Assembly (NCBI GenBank): GCA_964589725.1
Contig: CAZPUJ010000230.1
Span: 1-12,010 of the forward strand
Length of the DNA: 12,010 nucleotides
From: an uncultured Planctomycetaceae bacterium
GTDB lineage: Bacteria > Planctomycetota > Planctomycetia > Planctomycetales > Planctomycetaceae
Direction: 5' to 3'
The notes beneath the pieces were generated by a model. The model saw nothing but the letters and a program-made list of their open reading frames with translations. It searched no databases and was not told the origin of the DNA. Shown here piece by piece: positions 6,112-12,010 of the stretch; within the stretch, counting starts at the first letter, position 1; the number at the start of each line of letters is the position of its first letter. Made by a program: the position numbers and the translations under genes.

Positions 6112-7428
6112 TCATCCTCCCGATCCAGGTTGATCGAGGAAGGTTGTGTCGGTCGGCGGCCAGTGCTGCTCATCCGCGGGGTGCAACCTCCACTCTTTGC
6201 TGACGATCAGCCGTGCGCCTCGACGAAACGTGAGATACGACCAAGCCCATTGCAAGACCACCAAGAGCCGGTTTCTGAAACCGGTCAGGTAGTAGATATG
6301 CACGACCAACCACAACACCCAAGCGGCAAACCCCGCCAGCTTCAGCCGGCCGATCTCCACAATCGCCCGGCTTCGGCCGATCGTGGCCATCTGCCCCTTG
6401 TCCGCAAAGTGGAACGACTGTCGAGGCTTGTTGGCGAGGTCACCGCGGATGGTCTGCGCCAGGTATTGGCCCTGCTGCATGGCCACAGGCGCTGTGCCCG
6501 GCAGCGGCCTGCCGGTTTGATGCGTAAAGCTGGCTTGGTCGCCGGCCACAAAGACGTTCGGGTGCCGCTTGACACTGAGGTCTGGTTCCACCAGCACGCG
6601 GCCCTGTCGATCAAACTCCATTTCGGTCGCTTGTCCGAGCGATGATGCTTGCACACCGGCCGCCCAGAGGACGGTGGCGGCTCGGATCCGTTCAGTGTCG
6701 ATCTCGACTCCGTCGGCGTCAATCTTTGTCACGGCGCTCGTGGTCCAGACCTGCACTCCCAGATGTTCCAGATCTCGCGCGGCCCTGGCTGCCGACTGCT
6801 CGCTGAACATCGGCAGAATTCGCTGGCCTGCTTCCAGTAGGATTACGCGAGCCTGGGTAGAGTCGATGTTGCGAAAGTCCTTGGCCAGAGTGAAGCGGCT
6901 CATCTCGCCAATCGCTCCGGCCAGCTCCACGCCTGTCGGTCCGCCGCCGACGATCACAAAGGTCAAAAACCGCTTGCGGTCGTCGAGCGACTTGCTCCGC
7001 TCCGCCTGCTCGTAAGCCGCAAGCACGCGGCGGCGAATCTCCGTGGCCTGCTCCAAGTTCTTCAGACCGGGCGCGTGCTCTTCCCACTCATCGTGCCCGA
7101 AATAGCTGTGCCGAACTCCACAGGCCAGGATGAGGTAATCGAAAGCCACCTCCCCGAAATCGGCAACGGCCAGCTTCCGATTCAGGTCCAACGAGTGGAC
7201 CTCACCTTGCAGCACACGGATGTTGCGATATCGCGAAAGCATGCTGCGAATCGGAGCCGCGATGTCCGCCGGACTGAGGCCGGCCATGGCCACTTGATAC
7301 AAGAGCGGCTGAAACAGGTGATGGTTGGAGCGATCCACCAGCGTCACCTCAACGCCTCGAAGGCCACCGAGTCCCTTGGCGGCATTCAGCCCGGCGAACC
7401 CACCGCCAATGATCAAGACATGCGACAT
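6112..7428 (-). CDS. ndh: Type-II NADH dehydrogenase (NDH-2 family FAD/NAD(P)-binding oxidoreductase).
   Basis: Dinucleotide-binding motifs 'HVLIIGGGFAGLNAAKGL' and 'FVIVGGGPTGVELAGAI', plus 'AAGDQASF', and the C-terminal amphipathic/membrane-anchor region typical of NDH-2. The start is the ATG at 7428, with a GGAGG site upstream. The ORF-track start at 7515 is unlikely. Confidence 0.85.
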   Translation of the reverse strand: MSHVLIIGGGFAGLNAAKGLGGLRGVEVTLVDRSNHHLFQPLLYQVAMAGLSPADIAAPIRSMLSRYRNIRVLQGEVHSLDLNRKLAVADFGEVAFDYLILACGVRHSYFGHDEWEEHAPGLKNLEQATEIRRRVLAAYEQAERSKSLDDRKRFLTFVIVGGGPTGVELAGAIGEMSRFTLAKDFRNIDSTQARVILLEAGQRILPMFSEQSAARAARDLEHLGVQVWTTSAVTKIDADGVEIDTERIRAATVLWAAGVQASSLGQATEMEFDRQGRVLVEPDLSVKRHPNVFVAGDQASFTHQTGRPLPGTAPVAMQQGQYLAQTIRGDLANKPRQSFHFADKGQMATIGRSRAIVEIGRLKLAGFAAWVLWLVVHIYYLTGFRNRLLVVLQWAWSYLTFRRGARLIVSKEWRLHPADEQHWPPTDTTFLDQPGSGG

Positions 7429-7464
7429 AACTATCCCTGTACCTCCTGAGGCTGCGCAACAGGC

Positions 7465-7543
7465 AGTGCAAAGTGCAGAGTGAAAAATACTGAGTGCAAA
7501 GTGAAGGACATTCATCAGCGTCCATTACTCTGCACTTTGCACT
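7465..7543. promoter_or_regulatory. 17-bp perfect inverted repeat AGTGCAAAGTGCAGAGT (7465-7481 / 7527-7543), with a third direct copy of the core AGTGCAAAGTG at 7493-7503. It lies in the ndh leader and the tail of the upstream gene.
   Basis: Read directly; the reverse complement of 7465-7481 equals 7527-7543. It sits between the ndh start (7428) and the stop of the upstream minus-strand gene (7589). Confidence 0.55.
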
Positions 7544-7588
7544 CTGTACTGCTGGCCCAAAATCTCGACCCCGCCCATGAAAGATTTC

Positions 7589-8659
7589 TCACGCCTTCCA
7601 ACCACTCGACGCCGCGCGGGCGATTTTTTCGCCGATCAACGCGATCTTGTGATCCTTGAGCCGCTTCTCATTAAGCCAATAGGGACTGGTGATCTCCTTG
7701 AAGGCATGGATGGCGGCCTGGATCCCCTCGGCCCAGGCCACAGCAATGAGTTTGATGTCCCCATGCACGTCGCCCACCGCGAAGATGCTCTGCCGGCTGG
7801 TCTCGAGGTACGGATCGACGGCGATGCTGCCATCGTCGTTGAGCACCAGCGCGAGCCGTTCGAACGTTTCCTTGGCCGACAAGAAACCGATCTGCACGAT
7901 CGCCAGCGAACAGTTCAGCCGTTGGCCTCCGGTAATCTCCAGTTCGATCTCGTCCCCCGCGAATCGCGCGGCCAAGATCTCCGTCGATGCGTGGACCTTC
8001 CCGCCCGCCTCGCGGATGTGCGTCAGGCTGTCCGGCTTTCCGATGGGTGTGGCCTCGCGAACAATGAGATCCACTAAACCTCCGCGCGCCAACACCATCA
8101 GAGCCGCATCGAGAGCCGAATCGCCGCCCCCCACCACCGCGACGCGGCTGCCTTCGTAGTCGCCGATTTTTGGGATCTTGTAATGGACACTCCGCGACTG
8201 AAGCTGGTCCAGCACACTCAGCCGTCGGGGGTAGTGCAGAAGCCCGCAGGCAATGATCACTTTGCGGCACAGATAGCTCCCCTTGCTGGTGACAACCCGC
8301 TTCAATCGGTCCTCCGTCTCGATGTGGTCCGTGTCGTCGATCGTCACCAATTCTTCGTTGAAGTGGAACTGCACCAACGCATCCAACGCCTGACGGTACG
8401 TTCTCTGAGACAACTCCTCGCCGGTAATGCCGTCGGGAAAGCCCGGGATGTCCACGATCCGCTTGTCCGCATACAGAAACTGCGGCTGTCCACCCGGACG
8501 TTCCTTGGCCTCGATCACCAGCGTAGTCAGTGCCCGGTGAGCTGTCGTCAGCCCGGCGGCCAAGCCAGCCGGCCCGGCCCCGATGATGACCACGTCCCAG
8601 TAGGGCAATTGCTCGAAGTCCAAGTCAGGCTCAAGCTGCGTTACCTTGAAGTCTGCCAT
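7589..8659 (-). CDS. Thioredoxin-reductase-fold flavoprotein lacking the redox CxxC. YumC-like ferredoxin-NADP+ reductase (type 2), a FAD/NAD(P)-binding oxidoreductase.
   Basis: FAD motif 'VVIIGAGPAGLAAG', NAD(P)H motif 'VAVVGGGDSALDAALMV' preceded by 'HY' as in YumC (HYFV...GGGDSAVDWA), and 'FAVGDV'. There is no CATC/CxxC between the domains. ATG at 8659 with an AGGA site 7 nt upstream. The ORF-track TTG at 8665 is a less likely alternative start. Confidence 0.75.
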   Translation of the reverse strand: MADFKVTQLEPDLDFEQLPYWDVVIIGAGPAGLAAGLTTAHRALTTLVIEAKERPGGQPQFLYADKRIVDIPGFPDGITGEELSQRTYRQALDALVQFHFNEELVTIDDTDHIETEDRLKRVVTSKGSYLCRKVIIACGLLHYPRRLSVLDQLQSRSVHYKIPKIGDYEGSRVAVVGGGDSALDAALMVLARGGLVDLIVREATPIGKPDSLTHIREAGGKVHASTEILAARFAGDEIELEITGGQRLNCSLAIVQIGFLSAKETFERLALVLNDDGSIAVDPYLETSRQSIFAVGDVHGDIKLIAVAWAEGIQAAIHAFKEITSPYWLNEKRLKDHKIALIGEKIARAASSGWKA

Positions 8660-8777
8660 GATCAATCCTGTTGTGAATCAGGTTGTCCCTGATGTCGTTG
8701 AAAAGTAGGCGGTGGGGTGAAGTGAGGATGACGTGGACTTCTTTTGACACGGAGTAGAGGGTTTGGCAACGGGCGCA

Positions 8778-9278
8778 TCAAGGGCGGTGATGAGTTTTGG
8801 GAGGTCGCGGTAGCCTTTGATGCGGCGAATTTCTTTTCGACTTTGAGCAGGCCGGCCGCGATGTGTCCAAGCCTCGAGCCCGCAGTTCAGTCAGCAATTC
8901 GGTACAGACCGGCGCGTTCTCGGTCCCTCCCTGACGCAGCCCCAAGATATGTTTGTGGCCGTGTTCGTCGAGTCCCACGGCAAGGATTAGCATCTCGCCC
9001 GCGAAGTCGCTGCCGTCCAGGAACAACGCCACGAAGCGGATCGTGTTCAGGGGGCCAGTCATCAGTTTCTCCAGCTCGTCGGCCGAGGCCCTCACGAAGC
9101 CGCGACTGACGCTGGACTTCTTCACGCCGACTCCCGCGCGCGCCAGATCGAGCACTCCCTCGTAGTCTCGGCACGACACGCCGCGAACCATCTTGGCCAG
9201 TCGCAAAATTGGTATCAATTCCGTCTTCAACAACGGCGTCGGCCGTCGACGTAGAATGAGATGCCAGCAGCATGTCAA
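8778..9278 (-). pseudogene. Internal fragment of an IS256/Mutator-family transposase, covering roughly aa 95-245 of a protein of about 400 aa. A possible further out-of-frame remnant runs down to about 8690.
   Basis: 'GVSCRDYEGVLDLARAGVGVKKSSVSRGF...LEKLMTGPLNTIRFVALFLDGSDFAGEMLILAVGLDEHGHKHILGLRQGGTENAPVCTELLTELRARGLD' follows the Mutator consensus (G.StRdi...vS.s.vSr...PL...v.lDa......A.Gi...G.k.iLG...g..E....W...L..L..RGl). Upstream of the start the frame is closed by TAA (9293-9291), so the N-terminal 90 aa or so are missing. After RGLD at about 8868 the family signature is lost (the DGLKGF / second-Asp region is absent), indicating a deletion or frameshift. Confidence 0.65.
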
Positions 9279-9434
9279 CTTCCGTGTTTGTTATGATGTC
9301 CGACCGGAAAATGGTGTCACTGATCGACTCGGTGAGAACCTGTTCACGAATAACACCGTGTTTTCGCTGGTAGTGATCGACTTCCCAGGCTCATTCAAAA
9401 GGCGGCGAGTTTACAGTGTCCCTTTGCGTTCTTC

Positions 9435-9499
9435 GCGGCCTTCTGTTTAAAAAATGGGTCTTGAGACATGGGGTGCATTTCGTTTGAACAGAAGGCCGC
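9435..9499. repeat. 13-bp perfect inverted repeat gcggccttctgtt / aacagaaggccgc with a 39-nt spacer.
   Basis: Read directly; arms at 9435-9447 and 9487-9499. Confidence 0.6.
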
Positions 9500-9549
9500 A
9501 GAGATCGCAAAGGAAAACGGACCTCTTGGGGCGGCGGAGCCGCAACCAA

Positions 9550-9649
9550 ACTAACCCGAAGCGTCAGCGAGGGCGGGCGCTCCGAGTGACGGAGATTTTT
9601 CAATCCAAACTTTGTGAAACGCCCGCCCTCGCTGACGCTTCGGGTTAGT
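9550..9649. repeat. Perfect 30-bp inverted repeat (actaacccgaagcgtcagcgagggcgggcg / cgcccgccctcgctgacgcttcgggttagt) separated by 40 bp that contain their own 5-bp hairpin (ctccg-agtga-cggag). A MITE-like or cruciform element.
   Basis: The reverse complement of 9550-9579 is identical to 9620-9649. The two arms translate to the same 'PPSLTLRVS' peptide in the spurious ORFs 9391..9603 (-) and 9614.. (+), confirming exact symmetry. Confidence 0.85.
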
Positions 9650-9823
9650 GTGTCGGCTCAAAATCTTTGCGTAGCGCGAAGATCTCAAACGTTTGCAGTA
9701 CAGCGTGGTCCGAAGAACTCCACGAATTCATTGTTGGACAGGTTCTTAGCCTCGTCACCTGCGTTGGCTTCAACGCAGCGAGAAAGAGGGGCTGGTCGAA
9801 TACCGTGTACGAGGAGCAAGACG

Positions 9824-11296
9824 ATGAGTCATGCGGATGATCGAATGGCGGCAAGGAGCATTCGGCGGCGGGTGTGGATCCTGACGGTGTGGTTACTGGC
9901 CGTGTCGTTGCCTCTGGTTGCCGGTTGCGTCGAGCAACCGTCGAACGTGCCGGTGGCGAGCGCCGATTCATCGCAGACGTCGTCCTCGCAGGCTGACGAG
10001 CCGGATCGAGCAGCCAACGCCGTGATCGCGGATGAGCGGCCACGACAGGACGGCAGCGCGAACGTCATTCAGCTTACTTCACTGAAAGTTCCCGGCAAAG
10101 ACATGGACTGGCCTCGCTTCCGAGGCCCAAACGGCATGGGAACCAGCGACGCGAAGGGGTTGCCGATGACCTGGAGCGCGACAGAGAACATGGCTTGGAA
10201 GACCGAGTTGCCGGGGCCGGGCGCTTCGAGTCCGATTGTGTTTGGCGATCAGATCTATCTGACGTGCTACACCGGTTATTTCATCCCGAACCAGCCTGGT
10301 GGCAGTCTCGAGCAGCTCAAGCGGCACCTGATCGCCGTGCGGCGCCGCGACGGCGGAATTGTGTGGAACCAAGCGATCGCCGCGAGGTTGCCCGAGGAAA
10401 GTCAGATTCGTGATCACGGCTTTGCCGCGAACACGCCTGCCGCGGATGCCGAGCGCATTTATGTGTTCTTCGGCAAGTCGGGAGTCTTCGCGTTCGACCA
10501 CAGCGGCAAGCAACTCTGGCAGGCCGACGTCGGTTCGCAGACTCACGGCTGGGGCACGTCGGCTTCGCCCGTGCTCGACAAGGATCTGGTCTTCATCAAC
10601 GCCAGCGTCGAAAGCCAGTCACTGATCGCGCTCGATCGGCGTACGGGTGCCGAGAAATGGCGAGCGAAGGGCATCCACGAGGCATGGAATACTCCTGTCG
10701 TGGTCACCGCCAGTTCGGGGAGGCGGGAATTGATCGTGGCCACTCAGGGCAAGGTGCTGGCGTTTGATCCCCAGACGGGGGATGCGCTGTGGTCCTGCAA
10801 GACTGACATTGGCTGGTACATGGTTCCCAGTGTCGTCGCGGCTGACGGCATCGTTTATTGCCTGGGAGGTCGCTCCGGGACCGCCGCGCTGGCCGTGCGA
10901 GCCGGTGGCGATGGAGACGTGACCGAGACCCATCGGCTGTGGACGAGCGTCAAAGGTTCGAATGTTTCATCGCCAGTCTATCTCGATAAGCATCTCTATT
11001 GGATGCACGAGCAACTCGGCATCGCCTACTGCGCCACGGTCGACAGCGGGAACGTCGTCTACGAACAGCGTCTCGAACGAGCCGGACAGGTCTACTCGTC
11101 CGCGCTGCTGGCCGACGGGCGACTGTATTACCTCACGCGGGATGGCCAAACTTTCGTGCTCGCGGCGAAACCCGGTTTCGAGCAGCTTGCCGTGAACGAC
11201 CTTGGCGACGGGAGCCTCTTCAACGGCAGCCCGGCCATCGACGGCTCCCGCCTGCTCCTCCGATCAGACAAGTTCCTGTACTGCGTGGGCAAGTAG
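9824..11296 (+). CDS. PQQ-like beta-propeller repeat lipoprotein (BamB/PQQ-enzyme-repeat fold), about 490 aa.
   Basis: ATG at 9824 with a GAGGAG site 7 nt upstream. The signal peptide ends in the lipobox 'LVAGC'. Repeated W-containing beta-propeller blades are present (e.g. 'ALDRRTGAEKWRAKG', 'AFDPQTGDALWSCKT', 'GIVYCLGG'). The ORF-track start at 9614 runs through the 30-bp inverted-repeat arm and is rejected. Confidence 0.8.
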   Translation: MSHADDRMAARSIRRRVWILTVWLLAVSLPLVAGCVEQPSNVPVASADSSQTSSSQADEPDRAANAVIADERPRQDGSANVIQLTSLKVPGKDMDWPRFRGPNGMGTSDAKGLPMTWSATENMAWKTELPGPGASSPIVFGDQIYLTCYTGYFIPNQPGGSLEQLKRHLIAVRRRDGGIVWNQAIAARLPEESQIRDHGFAANTPAADAERIYVFFGKSGVFAFDHSGKQLWQADVGSQTHGWGTSASPVLDKDLVFINASVESQSLIALDRRTGAEKWRAKGIHEAWNTPVVVTASSGRRELIVATQGKVLAFDPQTGDALWSCKTDIGWYMVPSVVAADGIVYCLGGRSGTAALAVRAGGDGDVTETHRLWTSVKGSNVSSPVYLDKHLYWMHEQLGIAYCATVDSGNVVYEQRLERAGQVYSSALLADGRLYYLTRDGQTFVLAAKPGFEQLAVNDLGDGSLFNGSPAIDGSRLLLRSDKFLYCVGK

Positions 11297-11370
11297 AACT
11301 GATCATCAAAGAAGCAAACCCGGCCGGGCTTGCCCATTGGGGTCGCTTGATTGAGGACTGACTAATCACA

Positions 11371-11387
11371 CCGGCCACAAAGGCCGG
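11371..11387 (-). terminator. Small GC hairpin, ccggcc-acaaa-ggccgg, directly 3' of the DUF1501 stop. A second imperfect hairpin, gcaaaccc-ggcc-gggcttgc (11314-11333), lies 3' of the PQQ gene. Putative convergent terminators.
   Basis: Read directly. No strong U-tracts follow; weak call. Confidence 0.3.
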
Positions 11388-11389
11388 GG

Positions 11390-12010
11390 CTACATGACTT
11401 CGTGAATCGGTTCCGCGCCCTCGACACCCACCAGCTTTTGATCCAGCCCGCCGTAAAAATACGTCAGGCGATCGGGGTCGAGGCCGAGTTGATTCAGCAT
11501 CGTGGCGTGCAGATGCTTGACATGGAATGGCTTCTCGACCGCCGCGCTGCCGAGTTCGTCGGTCGTGCCGACGGAGATGCCGCCGCGAACTCCGCCGCCG
11601 GCGAGCCACATCGTAAAGCCGTAAGCGTTGTGATCGCGGCCGGTCCCTTTCTCGTACTCGGCGGTCGGTTGCCGGCCGAATTCGCCGCCCCAAACGATCA
11701 GCGTCGATTCGAGCAGTCCGCGGGCTTTCAAATCGGTCAACAACGCAGCGACGGGTTGATCGGTCTCGCCGGCGTGCAAGTCGTGGTTCTGTTTGAGATC
11801 GCCGTGAGCGTCCCAGTTGTCGTCGTTATGCGCTCCGCCGGAATAAATCTGCACGAAGCGGACGCCGCGCTCGACTAGTCGTCGCGCGAGCAAGCACTGC
11901 CGAGCGACCACGGCACAACGTTTCTCGTTCAAACCATACAACTGCTGAATATGCTGTGGTTCCTGCGTCAGATCAACGGCCTCGGGCGCGGAAGACTGCA
12001 TCTTGAACGC
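11390..12010 (-). CDS. DUF1501-family protein (sulfatase/alkaline-phosphatase-like superfamily), C-terminal 200 aa or so. The gene continues beyond the window end.
   Basis: The translation has 'NDDNWDAHGDL', 'TLIVWGGEFGRQP' and 'GRDHNAYGFTMWLAGGGVRGG', characteristic of DUF1501 proteins, which are abundant in Planctomycetota. The stop TAG is at 11392-11390. The ORF-track M at 12001 is internal; the frame is open to the window edge. Confidence 0.8.
   Translation of the reverse strand, partial: AFKMQSSAPEAVDLTQEPQHIQQLYGLNEKRCAVVARQCLLARRLVERGVRFVQIYSGGAHNDDNWDAHGDLKQNHDLHAGETDQPVAALLTDLKARGLLESTLIVWGGEFGRQPTAEYEKGTGRDHNAYGFTMWLAGGGVRGGISVGTTDELGSAAVEKPFHVKHLHATMLNQLGLDPDRLTYFYGGLDQKLVGVEGAEPIHEVM

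Noticed and set aside
7440-7560. Considered whether the AGTGCAAAGTGCA repeats are a sigma-54 -24/-12 element (TGCAC..TTGCA).
   Set aside because: The GG dinucleotide is absent and the spacing between the TGCAC and TTGCA blocks is 2 nt, not about 5 nt.
8663-8690. TTGTGAATCAGGTTGTCC upstream of the TrxR-like gene resembles a Rex half-site (TTGTGAA).
   Set aside because: Only one half-site is present. There is no inverted partner at the right spacing, so it is not a credible Rex operator.
9193-9648. ORFs 9193..9450+, 9391..9603-, 9454..9648+, and the 5' part of 9614..11296+.
   Set aside because: They are translations of the palindromic arms and the IS relic's antisense. The identical 'PPSLTLRVS' peptides on opposite strands are an artefact of the perfect IR. 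The real PQQ start is the ATG at 9824, which has a ribosome-binding site and a lipoprotein signal peptide.
9645-11361. Minus and alternate-frame ORFs inside the PQQ gene (9645..10043-, 10079..10546-, 10619..10933-, 10999..11361+, 11220..11693-).
   Set aside because: They overlap a well-supported beta-propeller CDS or span the convergent intergenic region. Their composition is shadow-frame-like.
1-12010. Looked for tRNA/rRNA genes, CRISPR repeat-spacer periodicity and intact IS elements with terminal IRs.
   Set aside because: No cloverleaf-compatible segments, no regularly spaced direct repeats, and no transposase with both ends were found.

Overview
GC-rich segment, about 12 kb. The gene content (a partial DUF1501 sulfatase-like protein, a PQQ beta-propeller lipoprotein, and codon usage that leaves the 5' end of the window open in three overlapping frames) suggests Planctomycetota. 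All calls rest on the supplied ORF track plus hand translation and recognition of conserved motifs; no database search was run.

Most genes are on the minus strand and look chromosomal:
- a long flotillin/SPFH membrane protein (2162..4366, -) with an intrinsic terminator downstream
- a divergently transcribed sigma-54 (RpoN) enhancer-binding protein (4628..6004, +) with the GAFTGA motif and an atypical N-terminal pseudo-receiver
- a type-II NADH dehydrogenase (6112..7428, -)
- a YumC-like thioredoxin-reductase-fold ferredoxin-NADP reductase lacking the CxxC (7589..8659, -)
- a PQQ-repeat beta-propeller lipoprotein (9824..11296, +)
- the 3' half of a DUF1501 protein running off the window (11390..12010, -)

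Interleaved with these are signs of accessory or decayed DNA:
- a UPF0175 antitoxin-like gene fused in reading frame to a DUF3368/PIN toxin of which only the C-terminal half remains
- an internal fragment of an IS256/Mutator-family transposase, with both ends missing
- several strong palindromes, including a perfect 30-bp inverted repeat (IR) separated by 40 bp, and a large composite palindrome filling the convergent intergenic gap at 6005..6111

The most interesting candidate is a two-gene minus-strand module at 358..998. An 89-aa protein is translationally coupled through an ATGA overlap to a 124-aa retropepsin-like (DTG) aspartic protease. Upstream lies a triple tandem repeat ACATAAAAGGTG(TCAG) with an embedded TGACA-N7-TGTCA palindrome, and the module sits beside the decayed toxin-antitoxin pair.

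A second point of interest is a 17-bp inverted repeat plus a third copy of its core motif in the ndh leader.

No rRNA, tRNA or CRISPR features were seen.
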